64,000 nucleotides of DNA. Source: Chloroflexota bacterium. GTDB taxonomy: Bacteria > Chloroflexota > Dormibacteria > CF-121. The stretch is from NCBI GenBank assembly GCA_005881215.1, contig VBDZ01000002.1, positions 382 through 64,381 on the forward strand, given 5' to 3'. The notes under the pieces were generated by a model. That model was not told the DNA's origin and did not search any database. It saw only the letters and a list, made by a program, of their open reading frames with translations. Positions 1-10,389 of this stretch are shown one piece after another. Numbering within the stretch: the first letter of the stretch is position 1; every line of letters begins with the position of its first letter. A program made the position numbers and the translations under genes.

Positions 1-1
1 A

Positions 2-166
2 CAGGAGGCCGTGGATGCGCGAAAGATCCGAAAGCTGCGCCAGCTCGGCTTGTACTACTTAAAGATGCGCCCACATCACGGGCCGGTCCGGTTCGACGTC
101 GTTGGCCTGACGATGCGTCAGGGCCACTTGATCCGCGTCGACCACATCAAGAACGCTATCGACTAG
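2..166 (+). CDS. YraN-family (UPF0102) endonuclease-like protein, 5'-truncated by window edge
   Basis: The frame starting at nt 2 reads QEAVDARKIRKLRQLGLYYLKMRPHHGPVRFDVVGLTMRQGHLIRVDHIKNAID*. This resembles the C-terminal RFDVV...I.HI.NAF signature of the YraN family. It lies near comM, as is common. Confidence 0.6.
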   Translation, partial: QEAVDARKIRKLRQLGLYYLKMRPHHGPVRFDVVGLTMRQGHLIRVDHIKNAID

Positions 167-203
167 CTGTCGGCGACCGCGGAATCGGGCGCCACCCCGT
201 ACC

Positions 204-1229
204 TCACAAGCTGAACTTCGTTTGCGCGGCCGCATATCGCCCTTCCTTTCGGAAGCTATCCGCGTCGACACCCAGGTGACGAGACACCTCCAGCGCCAGG
301 CACTGCAGTGGGACGACGTTGACGATCGGAGCTAACAGCTCGTCGATCGCCGGCGTCTCCAGGCGAGCCGTGGTGTCGGTCAAGCCGGCAGCGGCGGGAC
401 CGACCGCAAGCGTGGGCGTCCCGATCTCGTGGAGCGCCGCCGTCAGCTCCGCGGTCCGCTCCAGGCTGGCGCCGGGTTGCGCCATCACCACCGCCGAGTC
501 CTCGGCGTTCAGGCTGATCAGCGGGCCGTGCAAGATGCTTTCCACGTCGTGACCCTCGGTACTCACGTAGGCAGCTTCGCGCAACTTCAGCGCCCCCTCG
601 AGCGCGGTGGCGTAGGCGGGACCGCCACCGACGAAATGGACGACGCGTCGGAAGTGCACACGATCCATAGCCTGGATGACCTGCGGGCGAAGGGCGAGCG
701 CGGCCCGGATGGCGCCGGGCACACGGGCAAGCTCAACCTCCCACGGAGGCGAACCGACGGCGAGCGCCAACTGGGCCAACCTGACCATCGCCCCGGTGTG
801 GCTGGCCGTGTGCACCGGCGACCGCTCCTGCGCCACGGTTGTGATGACGCCCGGCCCCTGCAGTGGCGAACCCTCGCCCGTGATGGCCAACCAGTGATCA
901 CGGTTGTCAAAGGCGTCGAGCGCCGCCTGGCTGAAGCGCTTGGTTCCTCGATGGCTCAAGAGCAGCAGGCCGTCGTCGGACTTGATGCGCGGTGGATAGT
1001 TGACGAACTCGAAGGCCGGAATCGCCCATGCATCGACGCCGGCGCTCCGCATCAAATACTGACCGACCAGGGCGCCGTGGTAACTGGTCCCGGTGCCGAC
1101 CAGAAAGATTCGGGACCGTCCAGACAGCCGCGAGAGGGCGGGCGGGGGAAGTGCGTCTCGCAGCAGTCTCTCGACCACGTCCGGTTGCGACTGAAGGGTC
1201 TCATCCAGAAACGCGCCGAGTGCCTTCAG
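204..1229 (-). CDS. SIS-domain sugar-phosphate isomerase/deaminase-like protein (GlmS isomerase-domain type)
   Basis: The 324-aa ORF 204..1178 carries VGTGTSYH, SHRG and a GGGP..ATALEGALKL second SIS domain. The conserved LDETLQSQPDVVERLL N-terminus lies upstream of GTG 1178. The proposed start is CTG 1229-1227, overlapping the NUDIX stop (CTGA). The start is uncertain (1208 and 1178 are alternatives). Confidence 0.8.
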   Translation of the reverse strand: MKALGAFLDETLQSQPDVVERLLRDALPPPALSRLSGRSRIFLVGTGTSYHGALVGQYLMRSAGVDAWAIPAFEFVNYPPRIKSDDGLLLLSHRGTKRFSQAALDAFDNRDHWLAITGEGSPLQGPGVITTVAQERSPVHTASHTGAMVRLAQLALAVGSPPWEVELARVPGAIRAALALRPQVIQAMDRVHFRRVVHFVGGGPAYATALEGALKLREAAYVSTEGHDVESILHGPLISLNAEDSAVVMAQPGASLERTAELTAALHEIGTPTLAVGPAAAGLTDTTARLETPAIDELLAPIVNVVPLQCLALEVSRHLGVDADSFRKEGRYAAAQTKFSL

Positions 1230-1846
1230 GCGGCTTCTTCCCAGGCCTTGAGGAACTGGTAAACGATCCGGCCGGTGGCGCCCCAGATGACGTCGTCGCC
1301 GACGGTGTAGTAGTGAATCCGATACTGCTGCTCGCCGACGCTACGAGTCTCGCTCGTGTGCACCTGCGGGTCGAGCAGCTGATCGACGGGCACGATCAGC
1401 AGGCTGCGGACCTCATCCGGCGCCAGCCGTAGATCGTCGATCTCGCCCTCGACCAGGCCGACGACCGGCGTGATCACGAAACTGCTGACCGCGGTGAAGA
1501 CGTCGTCCAGCTCGCCGAGCACCGTGACCCGCGACGGTTCGAGGCCGATTTCCTCGTAGCTCTCACGGAGTGCGGTTTCAATCGTTTCGGCGTCGGCATC
1601 TTCGCGTTGCCCGCCGGGAAAGGAGATCTGCCCCTTATGGGTCAGGACCGTGTCCGTCCGTCGGGTGAGGAGCACCTCGAGGCCGTGGCCGCGCCACACG
1701 AGCGGAATCAGGACGCCAGCGCGCAGCAGTGGCGGCGAGGCATCGATGTCGCGCCGGACACGCTCGTGAAGCACCTGCTGGAGCCTTCCGAGCCGGTCGG
1801 CGGTGGCGGCATCAGCCTGCGACGCCGGCCGAGCCTTCAGGTCCAC
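1226..1846 (-). CDS. NUDIX hydrolase, CoA pyrophosphatase-like
   Basis: Nudix box PGGQREDADAETIETALRESYEEIGL. GTG 1846 overlaps the stop of the upstream Zn-ribbon ORF (GTGGACCTGA). The longer ORF-track N-terminus (to 1987) overlaps that ORF and is low-complexity. Confidence 0.8.
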   Translation of the reverse strand: MDLKARPASQADAATADRLGRLQQVLHERVRRDIDASPPLLRAGVLIPLVWRGHGLEVLLTRRTDTVLTHKGQISFPGGQREDADAETIETALRESYEEIGLEPSRVTVLGELDDVFTAVSSFVITPVVGLVEGEIDDLRLAPDEVRSLLIVPVDQLLDPQVHTSETRSVGEQQYRIHYYTVGDDVIWGATGRIVYQFLKAWEEAA

Positions 1847-2055
1847 GCTTCGAAGGAGACCGGGACCTGGTGGCCGCAGTGGGTGCACACCCAGACCTGT
1901 CCTCGGCGGACCACCTGGCGGCCGTCCTCGAGCCGCACGGTCTGATCCGGGCCGTTGATGCGCTCCCAGCGCGGCATGTGTTTGCACTGGTCACAGATGG
2001 TCGGCGGCGGATTGGCCTTCACTGGCTCGATTATCCCCGCTGACCGCCGAATCAA
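1837..2055 (-). CDS. small zinc-ribbon protein (two CxxC pairs), hypothetical
   Basis: ICDQC...34 aa...CTHCG motif pair. G/C-rich third positions in this frame. Coupled to the NUDIX start. The start is ambiguous (TTG 2055 or GTG 2022). It overlaps the 3' end of the acetyltransferase. Confidence 0.5.
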   Translation of the reverse strand: MIRRSAGIIEPVKANPPPTICDQCKHMPRWERINGPDQTVRLEDGRQVVRRGQVWVCTHCGHQVPVSFEAWT

Positions 2056-2587
2056 GCGGCCGAAGCACGCGGGCCGGGTTTCCGCCGACGATCACACCCG
2101 GCGGTACGTCGTCGAAGACCACGGCGTGAATCCCGACCACCGAATCGCGCCCGATCCTGACGCCCGGCAGGATCGAGACCTGACCGCCGATCCAGACGTT
2201 GGCTTCGATGACTACCGGCTGCGGGATCCCGGGACGGCGCCGGTCGCCGGGCGGCTCGGAATAGGGAAGATGATCGCGCACCTCGCATGACCCCAAGACG
2301 CAATCCGCACCTACCTCGACGCGGTCGGCCGCGACGATGGTGCAGCCGTTCAGCCGGGCGTTGCGGCCGATCCGAATCGTCGCCTGGGGGCGAGTCGTGA
2401 CCAGGTGATTGACTTCGGCATGCGACCAGGCGTTGACGTCCGCATCCAGCTCGACCCGTCCCGGCCCGCTGATGCGAAGCCGGCCGTTGCCGAGGAGGCC
2501 CGGAGCAATACGGACCCGGGGATTGGCCCGATAGGGGAGGGTGGTGAGCCAGCCAAGGCGGCGGGCCGCGGTCCGTTTCCAGTTCAT
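1991..2587 (-). CDS. hexapeptide-repeat (left-handed beta-helix) acetyl/acyltransferase
   Basis: Starts at ATG 2587 (MNWKRTAARRLGW...). The C-terminal half has typical LbH repeats (IGRNARLNGCTIVAADRVEVGADCVLG...NVWIGGQVSILPGVRIGRDSVVGIHAVV...GNPARV). Only the last 198 aa of the 441-aa ORF are credible. Confidence 0.8.
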   Translation of the reverse strand: MNWKRTAARRLGWLTTLPYRANPRVRIAPGLLGNGRLRISGPGRVELDADVNAWSHAEVNHLVTTRPQATIRIGRNARLNGCTIVAADRVEVGADCVLGSCEVRDHLPYSEPPGDRRRPGIPQPVVIEANVWIGGQVSILPGVRIGRDSVVGIHAVVFDDVPPGVIVGGNPARVLRPLDSAVSGDNRASEGQSAADHL

Positions 2588-2641
2588 CGCTCTGATCAAG
2601 ACGCAGCCTACGACGACCTCGAGGTCTCTCTCCGTTAGTTG

Positions 2642-2669
2642 TTGGCAGATAGACAAAATAGTGTAAGAT
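2642..2669 (+). promoter_or_regulatory. putative sigma70-type promoter of comM (TTGGCA-16-TAAGAT)
   Basis: TTGGCA at 2642-2647, a 16-nt spacer, and TAAGAT at 2664-2669 preceded by TG. Only 8 nt separate it from GTG 2678, so the transcript would be leaderless or nearly so. Confidence 0.45.
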
Positions 2670-2677
2670 CGGCGGCG

Positions 2678-4186
2678 GTGCTGGCCAGGGCGCTGTGCGG
2701 GACGGTGTTCGGCCTCGACGGGGTCCGGGTCGAGGTGGAGGCCGATATCGCGGATGGATTGCCGGGGTTTCACATCGTCGGGTTGGGTGACCGCGCCCTC
2801 CAGGAGGCACGCGAACGCGTCAAGATCGCGATCAACAACAGCGGCTTCGAATTCCCGGGCCGGAGGGTAACGGTCAACCTCGCTCCGGCGCAGCTCCCCA
2901 AGGAGGGCACCGGGTTCGATCTCGCGATCGCGGCGGCGGTCGTCAACGCTGCGCTGGACCGCCGGCTCCCGAGCGATGCGGCCTGGCTCGGGGAGCTCGC
3001 ACTCGATGGCGCCGTGCGCCCCATCCGCGGCACACTGGCGATCACCGCTCACCTCGACCGGCTGGGGGTTCGGCGCTTCTACGTACCGTCGGCGAACGTC
3101 GCCGAAGCCCGGATCGCCACCGCGGCTCCGGTGCTTGGGGTTGATCACCTCCGCGACCTCAAGGCGCACTGGGAGGACGGGGCGCCGCTGACCGAGGCGG
3201 CGAGGGCTGCTGCCGACGTCGTTTCGCCGGTGTCGATCCTGATCGACCTGGCTGACGTTCGTGGCCAGCCGCACGCCAAGCGCGCCCTCGAGGTCGCCGC
3301 CGCCGGAGCGCATCATCTTTTATTGGTAGGTCCGCCGGGGGCGGGCAAGACCTTGCTGGCCCGCGCCCTGCCCGGCATCCTGCCGGGCCTGACCCAGCAG
3401 GAAGCCGTCGAGGTGACGTCGATCGCGTCCTGTGTCGGCATGCTGCCTCCGGGGGCGGGACTCCTCGAGGTCCCACCGTTCCGCGCCCCGCATCACACCA
3501 TCTCGCCGGCGGCGCTGGTGGGCGGTGGCGGCGCGGCGCCGAGGCCCGGCGAGGTCACAAGGGCCCATCGGGGCGTGCTCTTTATGGATGAGATCACCGA
3601 ATTCCGCCGCGACGCGCTCGAGTCGCTGCGCCAGCCGCTAGAAGAAGGCAAGCTGGCGGTCGCGCGGACCCGCGGCCACGCAGTGTTGCCCGGCCGGTTC
3701 ATCCTGGTCGCGGCCGCCAATCCCTGCCCGTGCGGTTTTGCCGGCGATCCAAAACGGTTCTGCGAGTGCACCCCGCTCGAGCGGCAGCGGTATCGGGCGC
3801 GGCTTTCCGGGCCGATTCGCGACCGGATCGACCTGCAGGTGACGGTGCCACGGCAGGCCGCCGGCGAGCTGCTGCGGGCCGAGGTCGTCGCCGAAAACAG
3901 CGCCACGGTTCGGGACCGCGTCATCCAGGCTCGCGCGCGTCAGCACGCTCGCCGCCCGCAGGGTCCACTCAACGGCGCGCTGTCCGGGACGCAGCTGCGC
4001 AAAGACGCGGCGCTCGACGCCAACAGCCAGGTCCTGCTCGAGACCGCCGCCGATCGCCTGCAGCTGAGTGGTCGCGCGGTCCACCGGGTGCTCCGGGTCG
4101 CTCGGACCATTGCTGACCTCGACCACCGGCCGCAGATCGAGCAGAGCCACGTCGCTGAGGCGTTGCAGTACCGCGAGAGTGGCTGA
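2678..4186 (+). CDS. comM: Mg-chelatase-like AAA+ ATPase YifB/ComM
   Basis: N-terminal Lon-like domain (GLPGFHIVGL...FPGRRVTVNLAP), Walker A GPPGAGKT, and C-terminal ...AEALQYR. GTG 2678 gives the family-typical MLARALCG... start, and the promoter lies between TTG 2639 and GTG 2678. Confidence 0.92.
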   Translation: MLARALCGTVFGLDGVRVEVEADIADGLPGFHIVGLGDRALQEARERVKIAINNSGFEFPGRRVTVNLAPAQLPKEGTGFDLAIAAAVVNAALDRRLPSDAAWLGELALDGAVRPIRGTLAITAHLDRLGVRRFYVPSANVAEARIATAAPVLGVDHLRDLKAHWEDGAPLTEAARAAADVVSPVSILIDLADVRGQPHAKRALEVAAAGAHHLLLVGPPGAGKTLLARALPGILPGLTQQEAVEVTSIASCVGMLPPGAGLLEVPPFRAPHHTISPAALVGGGGAAPRPGEVTRAHRGVLFMDEITEFRRDALESLRQPLEEGKLAVARTRGHAVLPGRFILVAAANPCPCGFAGDPKRFCECTPLERQRYRARLSGPIRDRIDLQVTVPRQAAGELLRAEVVAENSATVRDRVIQARARQHARRPQGPLNGALSGTQLRKDAALDANSQVLLETAADRLQLSGRAVHRVLRVARTIADLDHRPQIEQSHVAEALQYRESG

Positions 4187-4241
4187 AGACCCCCTGCCCG
4201 ACCCACCCCACAAGGGGGAGGGGGATAGGCGAGAGAGCACG

Positions 4242-5126
4242 GTGTGGTTGACCGACCCCACCTATCCGTGGTTGCTCAAGCAGATCCACGATCCGCCGCC
4301 GCGCCTCTTCGTCCGGGGACGGCTGCCGCCGGTGCCGATGATCGCCATCGTCGGCTCGCGCCGCGCCACGCCGTATGGCTGCCGGGCGGCGCATCGACTG
4401 GCGCGCGATCTTTCTGACGCCGGGGTGGTGGTCGTCAGCGGTTTGGCCCGCGGCATCGATGCCGCCGCGCATCGCGGTGCCCTGGAGGGCGGCACACCTA
4501 CGGTGGCGGTGATGGCCACCGGCCTGGACCGGATCTATCCCCCGGAACACGGCGAGCTCGCGACCGGGATCGCCGCCTCCGGAGCGCTCATCACCGAGGC
4601 CGAGGAAGGCACCCTGCCACTTCCCGGTCGCTTTCCGGTCCGCAACCGGATCATCAGCGGCCTCAGCCTTGGCGTCGTTGTGGTGGAGGCGGCCGAGCGC
4701 AGCGGCGCGCTGATCACCGCGCGGATGGCCGCCGAGCAGGGGCGCGAGGTGTTCTGCGTGCCCGGCAGTATCGAGAATCCGCTCGCGATTGGGGGCCACC
4801 GGTTGATCAAAGACGGCGCCAAGCTGGTGCAAACCGTTGAGGACGTGCTCGACGAATTCGCCGATCTCGCGCACGCGCGTGCGCGCGCACACGCGCGTAC
4901 ACATGCGCGCACGCGCACGCGTACGCGCGCGGATTCAGGACCGCAAGACCCGGAGCTCTTTGCCGTTTGGGAATTGCTTGATTGGGTAGAACCGCGCCAT
5001 CATGATGACCTGGCCGTCATGATGAACCTTGACAGCAAGGAAGTGAGTCGGCGCTTGACGTTGTTAGAGATGAGCGGCTATATAATCGGCGACTGCGGTG
5101 CGGTCACCCGCCGCGCTCGAGACTGA
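4242..5126 (+). CDS. dprA: DNA processing protein DprA (Smf), short form without N-terminal SAM-like domain
   Basis: YP.LLKQIHDPPPRLFVRG, IVGSRRATPYG, GLARGIDAAAH and FPVRNRIISGL motifs, plus a C-terminal winged-helix-like tail. GTG 4242 is the first start after the comM stop. The ORF-track N-terminus overlaps comM out of frame. Confidence 0.88.
   Translation: MWLTDPTYPWLLKQIHDPPPRLFVRGRLPPVPMIAIVGSRRATPYGCRAAHRLARDLSDAGVVVVSGLARGIDAAAHRGALEGGTPTVAVMATGLDRIYPPEHGELATGIAASGALITEAEEGTLPLPGRFPVRNRIISGLSLGVVVVEAAERSGALITARMAAEQGREVFCVPGSIENPLAIGGHRLIKDGAKLVQTVEDVLDEFADLAHARARAHARTHARTRTRTRADSGPQDPELFAVWELLDWVEPRHHDDLAVMMNLDSKEVSRRLTLLEMSGYIIGDCGAVTRRARD
4868..4931. repeat. perfect alternating pyrimidine-purine tract, (YR)32, inside dprA
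   Basis: Read base by base. Positions 4868-4931 alternate Y/R without exception (CGCGCACGCGCGTGCGCGCGCACACGCGCGTACACATGCGCGCACGCGCACGCGTACGCGCGCG). The tract encodes AHARARAHARTHARTRTRTRA. Confidence 0.95.
5055..5086 (+). promoter_or_regulatory. putative promoter of topA embedded in the dprA 3' end (TTGACG ... TATATAAT)
   Basis: TTGACG at 5055-5060. TATATA/TATAAT at 5079-5086, giving an 18-20 nt spacer depending on the hexamer chosen. About 42 nt upstream of the topA ATG. Confidence 0.35.
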
Positions 5127-5127
5127 A

Positions 5128-7458
5128 ATGGCAAACCCCCTGATCATCGTTGAATCCCCCGCGAAGGCCAAGACGCTTGGCCGGTTTCTTGGTGGCAAGT
5201 ACGAGATCCGTGCCTCCATGGGCCACGTGCGCGACCTGCCCAAGAGCACGCTGGGGATCGACATCGAGCACGCGTTCAAGCCGGAGTACGTGACCATCCC
5301 CGGCAAAGAATCCACCATCAAGGAATTGAAGGCGGCCGCCAAGGGTGCGTCCGAGATCCTGCTGGCGTCAGATCCCGATCGCGAGGGTGAGGCGATCGCC
5401 TGGCATCTGGCGCATGTGCTGCACCTGAAAGATCCACGTCGCATCGAGCTGCACGAGATCACACCGTCCGCCGTCGAGAAGGCGCTCAACGCCCTACGAC
5501 CCATGAATCAGGACCTCGTCGATGCGCAGCAGGCGCGTCGCGTGATCGACCGGCTGGTCGGATACAAGCTCAGCCCTTTGCTGTGGAAGAAGATCCGAAA
5601 GGGACTGAGCGCTGGTCGGGTCCAGTCCGTCGCAGTCCGCCTCGTCGTTGAGCGCGAAGAGGAGATCGAAAAGTTCGTTGCGGTCGAGTCGTGGACGCTC
5701 GATGCGATGCTGTCGAAACTCGATCTGCCGGGACGGATATTTGCCGCACGGCTATTGAGCAAGCAGGGCAACGAGGAGAAGCTCGAACTCAAAGAAGAGG
5801 CCCAGGTGCGCGACGTCATGGCGCAACTCGAGGGTGCCAGCTACAAGGTGCTGTCGATCGAAACCAAGGACAGCACCCGGAACGCCCCTCCGCCCTACAA
5901 GACGAGCACCTTGCAACAGGATGCGTCCAACCGGCTGCGGATGAAACCGAACCGGACCATGAGTCTGGCGCAACAGCTGTACGAAGGTATCGAGCTCGGA
6001 ACGGAGGGGCCGGTGGGCCTGATCACCTACATGCGCACCGACTCGTTCCGGATCTCGGACGATGCGTCGACCGCGGCCCGCCATTTCATCACCGAAAGTT
6101 ACGGCCCGACCTACGCGCGTCGCGACAAAGTGGAGTTCAAGGCCAAGGGCCCGGTCCAGGATGCCCACGAGGCGATCCGTCCAACCGATGTCGAGCGCAC
6201 CCCGGATTCGGTTCGCGCGTTTCTGACCCCGGACCAACTCCGGCTCTATCGACTGATCTGGCAGCGCTTCACCGCCAGCCAGATGACCGCGGCGCGGTTC
6301 GCCCAAACCCGAGTCGACATCGGCGCCGCCGATTACGTGTTTCGAGCCAACGGATCGGTGCTCGTGTTCGACGGCTTTTATCGGGTCTGGGAGCGGGACA
6401 CCGACAACGACGAGGAGAGAGAGTTGCCCGCGCTGGCGGTCGACGAGCCGCTCAACCTGCAGGAGCTCAAGCCGGAACAGCACTTCACCCAGCCGCCGCC
6501 CCGCTACACGGAGGCATCGCTGATCAAGGCGCTGGAGGAGCTCGGGGTCGGCCGGCCCAGTACGTTCGCGCCGACGGTGGAAGTGATCCAGACCCGCCAT
6601 TACGTCAAGCAGGAAGAGCGCCGGCTGTCGCCCACCGAGCTGGGCAAAACAGTGAACGGCTGGTTGGTCGAGCATTTCCCGGATATCGTCGACGTCAGCT
6701 TCACCGCCGGCATGGAGGAGGAGCTGGACGATGTCGAGGAAGGCCGGCGCAAGTGGGTGCCGATCGTCCGCGAGTTCTACAAACCCTTTTCGAAGACGCT
6801 GACGAAAGCCGAGGGCACGGCGCGGGTCAAGGTGCCGATGCGGGAGACCGGCGAGGATTGCCCGAAATGCAAGGAAGAGGGTCGCAACGGCCGGCTGGTT
6901 TACCGCATGAGCCGTCTGGGCGAGTTCATCGGCTGTTCGCTCTATCCGGAATGTGACTACATCAAGGGGCGAGAGGGCCAGGAAAAGGCGCCGCCACCAG
7001 AACCGACGGGTGAAATTTGCCCCACCTGCGGCAAGCCGCTGGTCAAGCGAACCGGCAAGCGGGGTCCGTTCGTGGCCTGCTCCGGTTATCCGAAATGCCG
7101 CTACGTCAAGCGGGAAATCGATCCGGCGGACATCGTGGCGGACCGGGTGTGCCCCAAGTGCGGCAAGCCACTCCTCAATCGCAAGGGACGGTTCGGCAGC
7201 TTCGTCGGCTGCACGGGGTATCCCGACTGCCGTTACATCGAGGGCGGCAAGCGGACGGTGACGCCGCCGGCGCCCAGTGAGCTGCTGATGGACGACCCCT
7301 GTCCGCGCTGCGGCAAGCCACAGGTGCTGCGCCAGGGCCGCTATGGCGAGTTCAAAAGCTGCTCCGACTACCCGACCTGTAAGCCCGAACGGGCGGCCCG
7401 GACGAGTGCCCGCCCGCGCGGCGCCCGGGCCAAGAAACCGACCGTTCCTGCCGCCTGA
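5128..7458 (+). CDS. topA: DNA topoisomerase I
   Basis: Toprim start MANPLIIVESPAKAKTLGRFLG, the catalytic region (ITYMRTDS), four C-terminal CxxC...CxxC zinc ribbons and a basic tail. ATG 5128 is 1 nt after the dprA stop. Confidence 0.97.
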   Translation: MANPLIIVESPAKAKTLGRFLGGKYEIRASMGHVRDLPKSTLGIDIEHAFKPEYVTIPGKESTIKELKAAAKGASEILLASDPDREGEAIAWHLAHVLHLKDPRRIELHEITPSAVEKALNALRPMNQDLVDAQQARRVIDRLVGYKLSPLLWKKIRKGLSAGRVQSVAVRLVVEREEEIEKFVAVESWTLDAMLSKLDLPGRIFAARLLSKQGNEEKLELKEEAQVRDVMAQLEGASYKVLSIETKDSTRNAPPPYKTSTLQQDASNRLRMKPNRTMSLAQQLYEGIELGTEGPVGLITYMRTDSFRISDDASTAARHFITESYGPTYARRDKVEFKAKGPVQDAHEAIRPTDVERTPDSVRAFLTPDQLRLYRLIWQRFTASQMTAARFAQTRVDIGAADYVFRANGSVLVFDGFYRVWERDTDNDEERELPALAVDEPLNLQELKPEQHFTQPPPRYTEASLIKALEELGVGRPSTFAPTVEVIQTRHYVKQEERRLSPTELGKTVNGWLVEHFPDIVDVSFTAGMEEELDDVEEGRRKWVPIVREFYKPFSKTLTKAEGTARVKVPMRETGEDCPKCKEEGRNGRLVYRMSRLGEFIGCSLYPECDYIKGREGQEKAPPPEPTGEICPTCGKPLVKRTGKRGPFVACSGYPKCRYVKREIDPADIVADRVCPKCGKPLLNRKGRFGSFVGCTGYPDCRYIEGGKRTVTPPAPSELLMDDPCPRCGKPQVLRQGRYGEFKSCSDYPTCKPERAARTSARPRGARAKKPTVPAA

Positions 7459-7464
7459 CCCGAG

Positions 7465-7492
7465 TTTCAATCAGGGCGTGAGCGGCTATACT
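7465..7492 (+). promoter_or_regulatory. putative promoter of the rpsB-tsf operon (TTTCAA-16-TATACT)
   Basis: TATACT at 7487-7492. A weak -35. It is followed by a ~100-nt GC-rich structured leader and an AGGAGG SD at 7582-7587. Confidence 0.4.
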
Positions 7493-7596
7493 TTCCCGAG
7501 CATTAAGCACGCCTCCTGACGGCAGGTCGGGTTGCCTGATCACAGGTCCGGTCGCCGGAGGACGGGGGCGGAAGTAGAAACAGGAGGTACGTTCGC

Positions 7597-8436
7597 ATGC
7601 CACTCGTCACGCTCAAGCAACTGCTCGAGGCTGGTGTCCACTTCGGTCATCAGACCAGCCGCTGGAATCCCAAGATGAAGCGGTACATCTTCACCGCTCG
7701 CAACGGGATTCACATCATCGACCTGCAGCAGACCGTCAAGCTGCTCGACGACGCCTCGAGCTGGGTCAAGGAGGTCGTGGGCGGCGGCCGGATGGTGCTC
7801 TTCATCGGCACGAAGAAGCAAGCCCAGGAATCGATCGAGCTGGAGGCGCGCCGCTCCGGCATGCCGTTCGTCAATCATCGCTGGATGGGCGGGATGCTCA
7901 CGAATTTCACGGTGATGCGCCGCCAGATCGAGCGGCTGAACAGCCTGCGGGCGATCCGCAACAACGGCGGCTTCACCGGCAGCAAGAAGGCGATCACCCA
8001 GCTCGAAGAGGAGTACCAGCGACTGGAGCGCTTCTTCGGTGGGATGGCCGAGATGAAGCGCCTGCCGGGAGCGGTCTACATCGTCGACCCGCGCAAGGAG
8101 CACATCGCGGTCACCGAAGCCCGCAAGCTCAGCATCCCGATCGTCGCCATCACCGACTCCAACTGCGATCCCGACGAGATCGATCATGTCATTCCCGGAA
8201 ATGACGACGCGATCCGCGCCGTCAAGCTGATCACCTCGAAGATCGCCGATGCCGCCCTGGAGGCGCGCCAGCTGATCAGTCCTGAAGAACTCACGGTCGC
8301 GCCTGAGGTTCCCGTGACCGAGTTCGAGTTCGGTCCCGCGGAAGAAGAGGAAGAGGACGAGAAAGGATTTGCCGGGATGCCAAAGATCGATGAGGCGGAG
8401 TTCTACGAGGACGAAGCCCTGGACGACGAGAAATGA
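7597..8436 (+). CDS. rpsB: 30S ribosomal protein S2
   Basis: [27 protein letters not shown]... AGGAGG SD 9 nt upstream. Acidic C-terminal extension. Confidence 0.97.
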   Translation: MPLVTLKQLLEAGVHFGHQTSRWNPKMKRYIFTARNGIHIIDLQQTVKLLDDASSWVKEVVGGGRMVLFIGTKKQAQESIELEARRSGMPFVNHRWMGGMLTNFTVMRRQIERLNSLRAIRNNGGFTGSKKAITQLEEEYQRLERFFGGMAEMKRLPGAVYIVDPRKEHIAVTEARKLSIPIVAITDSNCDPDEIDHVIPGNDDAIRAVKLITSKIADAALEARQLISPEELTVAPEVPVTEFEFGPAEEEEEDEKGFAGMPKIDEAEFYEDEALDDEK

Positions 8437-8464
8437 GCCTGACCGTCACGGAGGATTCGTAACC

Positions 8465-10373
<1,909 letters not shown>

Positions 10374-10389
10374 CTACAAAGAACCACCG

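Noticed and set aside
1991-3316. 441-aa ORF taken at face value as one protein
   Set aside because: Only the C-terminal 198 aa (from ATG 2587) show hexapeptide-repeat transferase features. The upstream 240 aa are antisense to comM and cross the divergent promoter region.
4187-4241. G/C-tract palindrome CCCCCT...AGGGGGAGGGGG between comM and dprA (and CCCCGCAAGCGGGG at about 40110-40125), considered as a REP/MITE-like dispersed element
   Set aside because: There is only one copy of each in the window and they are not similar to each other. They are more simply GC-rich hairpins at gene ends. A genome-wide count would be needed to say more.
5752-7470. 572-aa minus-strand ORF antisense to topA (also 5691..6956 plus-strand, out of frame)
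   Set aside because: It overlaps a confidently identified topoisomerase I. The sequence is Arg/Gly/Ala/Pro-rich and low-complexity with no motifs. This is the typical open antisense frame of high-GC DNA.
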